Assembly (NCBI GenBank): GCA_029940175.1
Contig: JAOZRM010000001.1
Location: 1-40,777, forward strand
Reading direction: 5' to 3'
Length of the DNA stretch: 40,777 nucleotides
Source: Candidatus Sabulitectum sp.
GTDB lineage: Bacteria; Fermentibacterota; Fermentibacteria; Fermentibacterales; JCC-6
In this document: positions 18,215 to 27,274 of the stretch, piece after piece
Layout: the number at the start of each line of letters is the position of its first letter
How positions within the stretch are numbered: position 1 is the first letter of the stretch
The notes under the pieces: generated by a model
Seen by the model: only the letters and a program-made list of their open reading frames with translations
Database searches by the model: none
Told to the model about the DNA's origin: nothing
Made by a program: the position numbers and the translations under genes

Positions 18215-18313
18215 GCACTGCACGATTAAGAGCATAATTGTTCCACTTTCCCGGTTCCATTGTATATTCAGCCATGAGTCTGGTCGTTGATGTTTTTTTC
18301 AAAGGGGTTACGC

Positions 18314-19849
18314 ATGATGAAATTGCTGTCGATTCCAGTTCTGTTGATTCTGTTTACCGGTTGCAGTACTCCTGAAGGAAATACCTGGCTGATAAGAACA
18401 AACACAGATGAAATATCTATTGTAGAAGCAGGAATCGTCTGGGACGGTCTGGACCATGAAGCAAGAACTGTTTTCCTATCAGGCAGCAATCCCGTTGGCG
18501 ATTTCATTACAACACTTGGCAGAAAATCCATGGTTGCAGCTGAAATAAATACTGCTTCGTACCTGCACTCCAGTCTTATTCAAAACATGAAAATATGTTG
18601 GATAATCAACTCGGCTGTCATAGCTTACACAGATTCTCTATCAGAGAATCTCAGAAATGATATAAGTGAGGAAGACATTTCCAATTACGGAGATCTTCTT
18701 GGCAGTATTGTCTGGTATTCTTCCAGTATCTCAGGTCAACATGGACCCGAAAGACTTCCAGACCTGCCATGGAATATCGCGTTTGCTTTTGATTCTATGA
18801 GTTCCGGCTCAACCGTGGAAATAGAAGGAGTTTTCTATACACTGGATTCTATAACAACCTCACCACAGGAGATGATAGAAGAAACCCTTGCTGATACTGA
18901 CAGATTTACTACATTTGCCAGGAGCAGTCTTGTGGAAAGCCGCCTGCAAAGAAATCTGTTATCCCTGAAGTATCAGGTGCTTGAAACACTGAGCATTGAT
19001 TCCGCTTCAGTAATCTCATACTGTACCCAGCGGGAGTTGACAGAAGATGCAGCTATACTTGCCACTTGGGAAGGTGGCTCAATCTCAGCAGTTGATTTTG
19101 ATGGTATTGCTGTTTTTCTTTCACTGGGGCGACCGGGCATAGAGGTCTCGGTACCATGGGTACTTCACAATCTTGCGAATCAGGCCCGTCTGACCAATAT
19201 AGCAGATCTGTATGCCACTGAATATCCGGACGATTATGGAAGAATTACCCAGGGAGGAAACAATTTCGCATTTGACAGTGCAAGTGAACTGCTTTATTCC
19301 ACGAATGTTACAAACATGACAGAAATGTCCGACTCTCTGGTTATGGCAGCATACGAGAGAATGTCCTCAATTCCTGAGATGCCGCAGTCCCGAGTATTCG
19401 AATCTGTAGTTGTTCCAGCAGGTATCCTGGATGATGCTCTTGAGTTATTGGAAAACGATGGCGATCTGCTCTCTTTCGGTTATCCGGGATATCCGGAATT
19501 TCTTAGTTCCGGCCATGAATTCCTCTCAAGGCCGGTTTACCTCTCCGAGCTTCCGTCCCCTCTGGATGTCTCTCTCTTCCTTCTTGAAGAGGAGGAAACG
19601 GAATGGCAAAGACCTGTTGAAGTTCAAGAAGACCTGTTCCTTTTTTACAGACTTGTAGAGATAATTCCATCCTGCCCGGCTTCTTTCGAACAACTTGAAC
19701 AGTCGATCAGAACCAATCTCCGTATACATCATGAAGAGCAGAGAACCATGGAATGGATGTGTGAGTTAGAGGCTTCTTATCAGCTTCAGATCAACAATGA
19801 CATTCTGGGGAAACTTCCTCTTGATCCTTCTGCATGGAGTGAACTGTAG
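18314..19849 (+). CDS. Hypothetical lipoprotein (~511 aa)
   Basis: MMKLLSIPVLLILFTGC lipobox with AAGGGG RBS. I recognise no domain. The stop TAG (19847..19849) is immediately followed, in the same frame, by the next ORF. Confidence 0.6.
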   Translation: MMKLLSIPVLLILFTGCSTPEGNTWLIRTNTDEISIVEAGIVWDGLDHEARTVFLSGSNPVGDFITTLGRKSMVAAEINTASYLHSSLIQNMKICWIINSAVIAYTDSLSENLRNDISEEDISNYGDLLGSIVWYSSSISGQHGPERLPDLPWNIAFAFDSMSSGSTVEIEGVFYTLDSITTSPQEMIEETLADTDRFTTFARSSLVESRLQRNLLSLKYQVLETLSIDSASVISYCTQRELTEDAAILATWEGGSISAVDFDGIAVFLSLGRPGIEVSVPWVLHNLANQARLTNIADLYATEYPDDYGRITQGGNNFAFDSASELLYSTNVTNMTEMSDSLVMAAYERMSSIPEMPQSRVFESVVVPAGILDDALELLENDGDLLSFGYPGYPEFLSSGHEFLSRPVYLSELPSPLDVSLFLLEEEETEWQRPVEVQEDLFLFYRLVEIIPSCPASFEQLEQSIRTNLRIHHEEQRTMEWMCELEASYQLQINNDILGKLPLDPSAWSEL

Positions 19850-21640
19850 TTGTCTGGATTTCTTCTCTTCTTTCTACCATTCACCGTTGTTCTGAGCTCT
19901 GTATTTCCAGGCCTCTTTGACTCTACAATGATGTCACGGCTGGCGTTGTATCCGCTGGCCGGTGCTGTTATTCTTTTCTTTGGAAGAAAAAGTATTTCCC
20001 GTACCCACATGATTGTCGGAGCATTAATTGGGCTGCTTCCTGCTCTATCTCTATTGTGGGGAACCTCCATAGTCGGAGGGATTCCTTTTGCTGTCAGATG
20101 GATCTCTTTCGGAATGATGATACTGGGCTTCTCCGGAACTATTGCTCGATGGGGGCTCAAGTCTCATCTGGCTGGTCTTGTAGCAGCAGCTGTAATTACT
20201 TCCATGGTAATGATTGCAGCAGGGGCTGACACCATAACAGGTAATGCAAATAGAGCAGGCATGGTCCTTGCTCTTGGATTTGTAGGTAGTCTCATTCTCT
20301 TCAATAAGAAAAGGCTGTACTCCTGGCTGGCATCTTCTCTTATCATTACCGGGGTCCTGTTATCCTCGTTCTATATTGGATGGATAGCATGTCTCGCCGC
20401 CGGATCTGTATACTTCTTGTGGGCTCGGTGGAAGATAAGAACATGGATGATACTTACTCTGATGATAGTTGGACAGATCATCTTTGCAGCGTTCCCGCAG
20501 TATGCAGCAAGAACAGGACCTACCCTTGAACTTCGCACAAGGATATGGCGATACTCCGCGATGCTCTTCAAAGAAAATATCCCGCTTGGAGTAGGCATCG
20601 GTTCTGCAAGATTGAAGATTTTCAACGGAGCAGAGCCTGAACTGAGAATCCTTGCTGGTGGTAATAAAAGGATAGATTATCTGCATTCAGAACCTCTCAC
20701 CATGATCTCTGAATTGGGTATTCCCGGATTGCTTCTACTTCTGTTCATGCTTTACTGGTTCACAAAAAAATGTAAATCTGTCGAACAGCTGGCATTGCTT
20801 ACTGCGTTCTGGCCCATCTTTACCAGTGATCTGCCACTCGCCACTCCTCTGGGAGCCATCCCGGCAGCTCTTTTTCTGGGAGCAATTCCATCCTTAAGAG
20901 AAAATAGAATTTCTGTTCCGGTTTTTCTTCCTGTTCTGGCATTAATCCTCTCAATGTACTGGTTCTTTATGGTGGTTACAGGTTATTCAGCAATGGGAAA
21001 TGCCGAAAGACGATCAGTAACTAATATTGAACTTGCTTGTGAAAGAATTCCATGGGAGGAAAGGGTTTTTCTGGTGGCAGGACAAATTCACCTGCAGAAT
21101 GACATGACTTTGTCAGCCCTGGAAGACTCCAGGCACTTCATTGACCTCTATCCCGACTATTTCCGGGGATGGGAACTCAGAGCCACTGCACTGGCCGCTG
21201 CTGGAAGAGAAAGCAGTTCAAGCTCGGCATGGGCAAAGGCTGCTTTGCTGGTTCCTGACAACATTGTATACCCTGACAGGTATTTCTATGCTCTTAACGC
21301 AATACAGCCAGGAATGAATCCGGATACTGCAATTGCGATTTCAAGTGTGCTGATAGAATCGAGAGATAGTATAAAGTTACTGATCACCGGCATAGACTCT
21401 GCTCAATCGCTCTTCATTATTAGTAAACTCCTGGATCTTTCGGATCAGTGCAGACCTCTATCCAGTTATCATGCAGCCCAAATATGGTTTATGGCTATCA
21501 GTCATGCTGTGTATACAGAAGATCATCTCCCGAGTGATCTTTCCATGAGAATTCTTGAAGCTGAAGATGATCTCTACCAGTTTCTGGACCCGGATTGGAC
21601 AATGAAAGCTGACGATTTCATCCAGGCATTGAAAAATTAA
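19850..21640 (+). CDS. O-antigen-ligase-like (Wzy_C) polytopic membrane protein with a C-terminal TPR-like domain; start uncertain
   Basis: About 10 TM helices. RIDYLHSEPLTMISELGIPGLLLLLFMLYW fits the Wzy_C loop/helix motif (H.e.L..l.E.Gi.G). The C-terminal ~200 aa are helical-repeat-like. TTG start at 19850; the next ATGs are at 19928/19931. Confidence 0.7.
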   Translation: MSGFLLFFLPFTVVLSSVFPGLFDSTMMSRLALYPLAGAVILFFGRKSISRTHMIVGALIGLLPALSLLWGTSIVGGIPFAVRWISFGMMILGFSGTIARWGLKSHLAGLVAAAVITSMVMIAAGADTITGNANRAGMVLALGFVGSLILFNKKRLYSWLASSLIITGVLLSSFYIGWIACLAAGSVYFLWARWKIRTWMILTLMIVGQIIFAAFPQYAARTGPTLELRTRIWRYSAMLFKENIPLGVGIGSARLKIFNGAEPELRILAGGNKRIDYLHSEPLTMISELGIPGLLLLLFMLYWFTKKCKSVEQLALLTAFWPIFTSDLPLATPLGAIPAALFLGAIPSLRENRISVPVFLPVLALILSMYWFFMVVTGYSAMGNAERRSVTNIELACERIPWEERVFLVAGQIHLQNDMTLSALEDSRHFIDLYPDYFRGWELRATALAAAGRESSSSSAWAKAALLVPDNIVYPDRYFYALNAIQPGMNPDTAIAISSVLIESRDSIKLLITGIDSAQSLFIISKLLDLSDQCRPLSSYHAAQIWFMAISHAVYTEDHLPSDLSMRILEAEDDLYQFLDPDWTMKADDFIQALKN

Positions 21641-21643
21641 TCA

Positions 21644-21671
21644 GGGATGGAACCGTTGTCAGTTCCATCCC
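21644..21671. terminator. Hairpin between convergent genes
   Basis: GGGATGGAAC (21644..21653) pairs with GTTCCATCCC (21662..21671), 8-nt loop. On the minus strand a T-run follows 8 nt after the hairpin (TGATTAATTTTT); there is no T tail on plus. Confidence 0.45.
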
Positions 21672-21680
21672 CAGATTGGC

Positions 21681-23138
21681 TTATCTTATAAAACAGAGCT
21701 TTTCTGTGGAAGTAACTCCTTCATTTATGGCTCTCACCAGGTAGATACCTGTCTGAAGACTGCTGAAGGTTTCGCTGTGATTCCCTGAAATTACCTCTCG
21801 ACCTGTCATATCATGAACAGTAAACTCTCCCTGGGACGAGATAGTAACAGCACCCATTGCAGGATTTGCACTGAAGTGAATGGAAGGGGCAATTGCAGGA
21901 GTATCATCTTCAATCCCCAGCATATGCATTGCAGGCATAATGGTAGGGTCACCAATGACAACCATTCCAAGATGCCAGTACTTCTCAGACTGGGAGAATC
22001 CTCCACTTATTATGTGATTCCACCAGGCTTTATAAGCCTCGCCGAAACTATCTCCATCACCCAGGGGCTCATAGAATCTTGCGAATTGAAGCATGGCACC
22101 ACTCTTTGTACTGCCTATGGCAGCAAGCCCCATCTCAGTTCCGAATACATAAGCACACCCCATACACCAGTTTGATGTAAAGCGGCAGTTGGAACATGCA
22201 AAAAGGTTATAGAATCTTGATGGAGGATCGTCCAGCCAGATATGCCCTGATGTGGTACTTGGACCGGGATCCCACTGATGCACTGTGGGTCCTGAGTGAA
22301 CGAATGGGCTGATCCATGTGTAGCCCTCCTGAAGTCTGTTCTCTCTATAGTCCGTACCATTGGTAGCGCTTGTTGGATAGTTAACAAGCTCAACCTCGTC
22401 GTAGAGTTCTTCCATTGCAGAACGGTACTGATTCCCCCACTGTGCCCAGTCATCATCAACATAGCAAAGTGCGCTGAGTTCAGGGTCTCCGTTCAGCCGC
22501 CAGTCATGGAGTCTTGTGAGGTAAGACTCGATAAGATCATACTCATCACCGAGGATAAGAACGCTGGTGGTAATTCTGCCAGTATAGATCTCCGGAAACA
22601 GATCTCCGCTCCAGCCATCATAGATACTGTCCTGTCCGGCAGTACCAATACCGGGATAACCAATCCAGTTATCTTCCCATACTCCGTCCAGATCCATGTA
22701 GAAATAGTCACTGGGAAACGTCTCGTTTGACTTGGCCATGTTATCAACGGTGCATGACCACGGCGCAGGAATGTCTCCTACAAACACCACTCCCTCAAGA
22801 CCATCTGCATACAACTCTGCAAGCCATGCCCTTATCTCAACAGGATCCGCATAAGTGATCTCAACAGCGGCGCAGAAATTACCATCACTCTGGATGTCCA
22901 CAAGCCATTCATCGATGAGAGCTGAATCAAGGCTGTCAGACATATACTCTTCCATTACAATAAGAAAATCTGAACCTCTGGCTTCTCCCCGGACAGGTGT
23001 AACTCTAAGTTCAGAATATTCCGGCTGCTCAGCCCGGTACTCGGCGTATGTTCCCGGCTGGAAATCAGTTTCAAGATTTCTTGTAATTGGTGTTTCATCA
23101 TAAACACCCGCAATCAGCAGAAGGATCAACAAAGGCAT
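21681..23138 (-). CDS. C25 (gingipain)-like cysteine peptidase with a T9SS C-terminal sorting domain
   Basis: GVVFVGDIPAPW...SDYFYMDLDG...IYTGRI resembles the C25 core. There is a clan-CD-like His (FVHSG) / Cys (LFACSN) dyad. The last ~70 aa (..FTVHDMTGREV...LQTGIYLVRAINEGVTSTEKLCFIR) fit the type-A Por sorting domain. Confidence 0.7.
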   Translation of the reverse strand: MPLLILLLIAGVYDETPITRNLETDFQPGTYAEYRAEQPEYSELRVTPVRGEARGSDFLIVMEEYMSDSLDSALIDEWLVDIQSDGNFCAAVEITYADPVEIRAWLAELYADGLEGVVFVGDIPAPWSCTVDNMAKSNETFPSDYFYMDLDGVWEDNWIGYPGIGTAGQDSIYDGWSGDLFPEIYTGRITTSVLILGDEYDLIESYLTRLHDWRLNGDPELSALCYVDDDWAQWGNQYRSAMEELYDEVELVNYPTSATNGTDYRENRLQEGYTWISPFVHSGPTVHQWDPGPSTTSGHIWLDDPPSRFYNLFACSNCRFTSNWCMGCAYVFGTEMGLAAIGSTKSGAMLQFARFYEPLGDGDSFGEAYKAWWNHIISGGFSQSEKYWHLGMVVIGDPTIMPAMHMLGIEDDTPAIAPSIHFSANPAMGAVTISSQGEFTVHDMTGREVISGNHSETFSSLQTGIYLVRAINEGVTSTEKLCFIR

Positions 23139-23146
23139 GACAACTC

Positions 23147-23773
23147 CTAACTTAAGTAAGCCATGAGATCCAGCAGCTTAACTGCCAGATTCATTGCTGG
23201 GATGAGAATGCTGGAAATAACGCCTGTAAAAAGAAGCCCGAACACTATGAACATTCCAAATCGCTCAAGCTTCATGTAGTGCCATAATGCTTTTCCCTTA
23301 AGAAAACGGGCAACAATTCTGCTGCCGTCTAGAGGAGGAATTGGAATGAGATTGAAAACCATGAGCATCACATTGATAACAGAAACATATGCAAAAGTTC
23401 TTGCAAAAAATGCTGGAAGAAAGCCACCGGTCAAGTGAAGAAGAACGCTGAGCACAATAGCGATAGACAGGTTTGCTGCAGGTCCCGCCATGGCCACAAG
23501 CATCATTCCCTTCTGGGGATTTCTGAAGTAGGCAGGATTAACAGGAACAGGTTTTGCCCACGCAAACAGAAAAGGTGATTTCATAAAAATAAGCATCGCA
23601 GGTAAGATGATTGTTCCAAATAAGTCAATATGAACAATGGGGTTGAAAGAGAGTCTGCCTGCCCGGGATGCAGTTGGATCTCCAAGCTTATAAGCTGTAA
23701 AACCATGGGCTATCTCATGGCAGACTACACTGAAAAAAACCATAACAAGAACAAGTGGCATTTCCATTAACAT
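23147..23773 (-). CDS. M50 site-2-protease-family membrane metalloprotease
   Basis: HEIAHG within the first TM region, NPIVHIDLFGT, and the LIPIPPLDGSR motif. Confidence 0.85.
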   Translation of the reverse strand: MLMEMPLVLVMVFFSVVCHEIAHGFTAYKLGDPTASRAGRLSFNPIVHIDLFGTIILPAMLIFMKSPFLFAWAKPVPVNPAYFRNPQKGMMLVAMAGPAANLSIAIVLSVLLHLTGGFLPAFFARTFAYVSVINVMLMVFNLIPIPPLDGSRIVARFLKGKALWHYMKLERFGMFIVFGLLFTGVISSILIPAMNLAVKLLDLMAYLS

Positions 23774-23779
23774 GTTACT

Positions 23780-24472
23780 TTATCTCCTTCTTCCTGCAAG
23801 AAGCAGCCAGAGCATCTGTCCAATGGCAGCAAGAGCACTGGCGACATAAGTAAGAGCAGCTGCGGTTAGAACTTTTTTAACTCCTGCTACATCAGACGGA
23901 GGAAAGCCCCGCTCCTTTTCAAGCCAGCTGACAGCCCTGGCGCTGGCGTTGAATTCAACTGGAAGAGTTACCAGCTGAAACAACAGAGCTGCACTGTACA
24001 GAGCAACTCCAATGTAGATCAAATTCGTCATACGAAAGAAAAACCCGCCCAGAAGAAGTGGGAACAACATCTGACTGCCCAGATTGGCCACTGGAACCAG
24101 TGCTGTTCTGAATTTAAGAGGAGAATATCCCATTGCATGCTGTACGGCATGGCCAGCCTCATGGGCAGCAATCCCGATGGCAGCAACCGAATCACTGGCA
24201 TAAACACCGCTTGAAAGTCTAAGTGTTTTCGACCGGGGATCGTAATGGTCTGTGAGTTTTCCCTGTACCTGTTCAATGCCAATGTTTGCAAGCCCATAAT
24301 TATCCAGAATGCTTCTCGCCATTGATGCACCGGTAAGTCCGAGGCCATTCCGGACTTTACTGTATTTGTTAAAAGTTGAATTCACTCTGGAACGGGCGAT
24401 CATTCCAAGAATAAACGCGGCAATGATCACAAGGATACCCGGATTCATATCGTACATCATTTGAAAAAGCAT
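23780..24472 (-). CDS. YugP-type putative neutral zinc metallopeptidase (membrane)
   Basis: 230 aa. HEAGHAVQH zinc motif, N- and C-terminal TM helices, and the typical family length. Confidence 0.8.
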   Translation of the reverse strand: MLFQMMYDMNPGILVIIAAFILGMIARSRVNSTFNKYSKVRNGLGLTGASMARSILDNYGLANIGIEQVQGKLTDHYDPRSKTLRLSSGVYASDSVAAIGIAAHEAGHAVQHAMGYSPLKFRTALVPVANLGSQMLFPLLLGGFFFRMTNLIYIGVALYSAALLFQLVTLPVEFNASARAVSWLEKERGFPPSDVAGVKKVLTAAALTYVASALAAIGQMLWLLLAGRRR

Positions 24473-24569
24473 AATTTCACCCTTCTTTAATCATACAGAT
24501 ATGCAATTCCGTTTCCAGAGCTATCCGGATGAATACCAGAAACATAATAGATCCGGAGTGCAGCCTGCG

Positions 24570-25280
24570 TCACCGATGGGCCATGTCGGCGCATGTGGAG
24601 CATATCCTTCCCATTGTTGAACTGATCAAAGCTCTCTCCAGCGGTTTTTCAAGGCTGGGCAGATCTTTTACATGAATAGCAAGACGGAAAACTCTGCTTC
24701 CCGAGAACAGCGATGGTCCGGCAGAAGACCAGAATACACTGCATGCTCTCTTCCATGGAGTTCGGGTTGCAAATACCACTGCAGGAATTGTGTGTGTGAC
24801 TCCCCCTGCATGCTCAATAGCCCAGCGGTACTCAATCCACTTAAAGGGGAAACCTTTCAGAGCTTCTCTGGTTCCACGGCTGTATAACCAGGCGGGTGCA
24901 GTAAACCCCGATGGCGGTTCTCCCAGAACGTCAGACATTATTTTGAAGCCCTGATCAATTCTAATAGCAGCATCGTCCCTTGAAAGAGACAGAAATTCTC
25001 CCTCACCCTTTGTGAATAGTTTGCCTTCCATAGAAAACTTCTCTTGAGTATCCAGGTGATACAATCCATGTTGTGCAATTTCCACACCTGCCCCATTCAA
25101 TTCACGAAGCCAGGAGCAGAATTCCGGAAACTTATCGATTCTTCCCCCGGAATGATAATCAGGCACAACCAGCATTGTAAAATTTGCTCCGGTTCTCTTC
25201 ATGATCATATCTGTCAACTGCCGGGAACGATCAAACATCGCCGGTGTAACGTCATGAAGAGAGACCAGTATTTGCTTCAC
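24570..25280 (-). CDS. DUF2334 / polysaccharide-deacetylase-like protein
   Basis: The N-terminal ILVSLHDVTPAMF...MLVVPDYH...AQHGLYH is the characteristic DUF2334 pattern. The GTG start overlaps the metG TAG by 1 nt. Confidence 0.7.
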   Translation of the reverse strand: MKQILVSLHDVTPAMFDRSRQLTDMIMKRTGANFTMLVVPDYHSGGRIDKFPEFCSWLRELNGAGVEIAQHGLYHLDTQEKFSMEGKLFTKGEGEFLSLSRDDAAIRIDQGFKIMSDVLGEPPSGFTAPAWLYSRGTREALKGFPFKWIEYRWAIEHAGGVTHTIPAVVFATRTPWKRACSVFWSSAGPSLFSGSRVFRLAIHVKDLPSLEKPLERALISSTMGRICSTCADMAHR

Positions 25281-27274
25281 TACTTAATTGTATCCCCAGG
25301 TTTTGAGTCAGCAGCAGGCTCCAGGAGGAATACTCCGGATTCACCGTCGCTGGCCATTAGCATTCCATGACTCATAACTCCGCAGAGTTTCGCCGGTTTC
25401 AAATTGCACACCACGGCAACCAGCCGCCCCTGAAGTTCTTCTTTTGTGTAATGGGGCTTCATGCCTGCAACCACAGTTCTGACCCTGTCACCTGTATCAA
25501 CTTCAACCTTGTAGAGTTTTTTTGCTTTCTTGATATCTTCAACTGAAAGAATTCTACCCACTTTGAACTCAATCTTCATGAACTCTTCAAAATCAACTTC
25601 AGGGGTTTCTTCAACATTTTCTTCCACTAAGGGAGTTTCAGATTTGTCCATCACTTTTTCAAAACCATCTTCCAGCTTTTTGAAGAGAATCTCTGCCTCT
25701 CCAAGTTTTAATCCCGACTCAAGGAGAACAGTACCTGCATCAGACCATTTGAGCTCATCCAGACCCAGCATTCTTCTGATTTTTTCCGCAGAGAAAGGGA
25801 TAAATGGCTCAAATATCACAGCAAGTGAAACACAGAGGTTCAAACAAGTTGCTACAGTTACGGCACACTGATCCGGATCTGTCTTCAATGATTTCCATGG
25901 CTTGGCCGTATCAAAGTATCTGTTGCCTTCTCGTGCAAGTTCCATTGCCACGCCAATGGCTTTTTTGAATCTGAATGATTCCATCAGAACAGCGATCTCT
26001 TCAGCTGTCTCTCCGGCCCTGTTAAGCAAAGTCATATCCAGGTCAGCAGATGGAACTCTGCCTTCAAATTTGCTTAAGGTGAACTTCAGAGTTCGGTTAA
26101 TGAAATTACCCAGCACATCCGCCAACTCATTGTTCCTGGTCTGATACTCTCTCCATGAGAAATCGGAATCTCTGTTCTCAGGAGCGTTTACAACAAGAGC
26201 ATAACGCATTGGATCAGGGTCAAAATGATCCAGATAATCCCCCATGTTGATTCCGGTACCACGGCTTGTGGAAAACTTCTGTCCCGATATGTTGAGATAC
26301 TCGTTAGCCGGCACATTCCAGGGCAGATTAAAATTCCCAAGGCCGTGAAGAAGGGATGGCTCAATAATGCAATGGAACACTATGTTGTCCTTGCCTATGA
26401 ACTGAACAAGCTTTGTCTCCGGATCCTGCCAGTACTTACGCCATTCATCCGGATCTTTTCCTGCTTTCGAGAAGTATTCCATTGTACTGCTGATGTATCC
26501 AAGAACTGCTTCAAACCAGACGTACAAAACCTTACCCTTTGCCTCTTCAAGAGGTACTGGGACTCCCCATGAAATATCTCTTGTTATTGCCCTTTCACGC
26601 AGACCATCACTCAACCAGCTGTGACAGTACTTCAATACATTTGTTTTCCAGTCAGACTGCCCTCCAAGCCAGCCCTCAAGCCATTCCTGAAATCTATCAA
26701 GCAATAGGAACCAGTGCCTTGTAACTCTGGTTTCCGGAGTCGCGCCACAGATTCCGCACCTGGGGTTTATGAGCTCAAAAGCCTCAGTCCATGTTCCACA
26801 GCTCTCACATTGATCTCCGCGAGCATCCTCTGAACCGCACTTGGGACACGTTCCATTGATGTATCTGTCAGGAAGATATCTCTTGCAATCCGGACAGTAG
26901 AGTTGTTTCATATCTTTCGGAAGAATGTATTCCTTTTCAAGCAGGTCAAGAAATACACTCTGAGCAAACTCAATGTGTTCAGGGCGAGTAGTTCTGGAAA
27001 AATTATCAAAAATGATCCCGAATCTTTTGAAATCCCCGGCAATGATGTCATGGTACTTGTTCACTACTTCCATTGGGGTAATTCCCATTTTTTCAGCGGC
27101 GATTGTAATTGGTACACCATGTTCATCGGTTCCGGAACAGAATAGAACGTCGTTGCCGGACATCCGAATGTACCTCACGTAGATATCTGCAGGAAGATAG
27201 GCCCCGGCAAGATGCCCCAGATGTTTCGGTCCGTTTGCGTATGGAAGCGCGCTTGTCACCATGTAACGAGACAT
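25280..27274 (-). CDS. metG: Methionine--tRNA ligase with a C-terminal tRNA-binding (Trbp111/EMAP-like) domain
   Basis: PYANGPKHLGHLAG (HIGH), KFSTSRG (KMSKS), Zn knuckles CPDC...CPKC...CESC, and a C-terminal FKVGRILSVEDIKKAKKLYKVEVD OB domain. Confidence 0.95.
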   Translation of the reverse strand: MSRYMVTSALPYANGPKHLGHLAGAYLPADIYVRYIRMSGNDVLFCSGTDEHGVPITIAAEKMGITPMEVVNKYHDIIAGDFKRFGIIFDNFSRTTRPEHIEFAQSVFLDLLEKEYILPKDMKQLYCPDCKRYLPDRYINGTCPKCGSEDARGDQCESCGTWTEAFELINPRCGICGATPETRVTRHWFLLLDRFQEWLEGWLGGQSDWKTNVLKYCHSWLSDGLRERAITRDISWGVPVPLEEAKGKVLYVWFEAVLGYISSTMEYFSKAGKDPDEWRKYWQDPETKLVQFIGKDNIVFHCIIEPSLLHGLGNFNLPWNVPANEYLNISGQKFSTSRGTGINMGDYLDHFDPDPMRYALVVNAPENRDSDFSWREYQTRNNELADVLGNFINRTLKFTLSKFEGRVPSADLDMTLLNRAGETAEEIAVLMESFRFKKAIGVAMELAREGNRYFDTAKPWKSLKTDPDQCAVTVATCLNLCVSLAVIFEPFIPFSAEKIRRMLGLDELKWSDAGTVLLESGLKLGEAEILFKKLEDGFEKVMDKSETPLVEENVEETPEVDFEEFMKIEFKVGRILSVEDIKKAKKLYKVEVDTGDRVRTVVAGMKPHYTKEELQGRLVAVVCNLKPAKLCGVMSHGMLMASDGESGVFLLEPAADSKPGDTIK

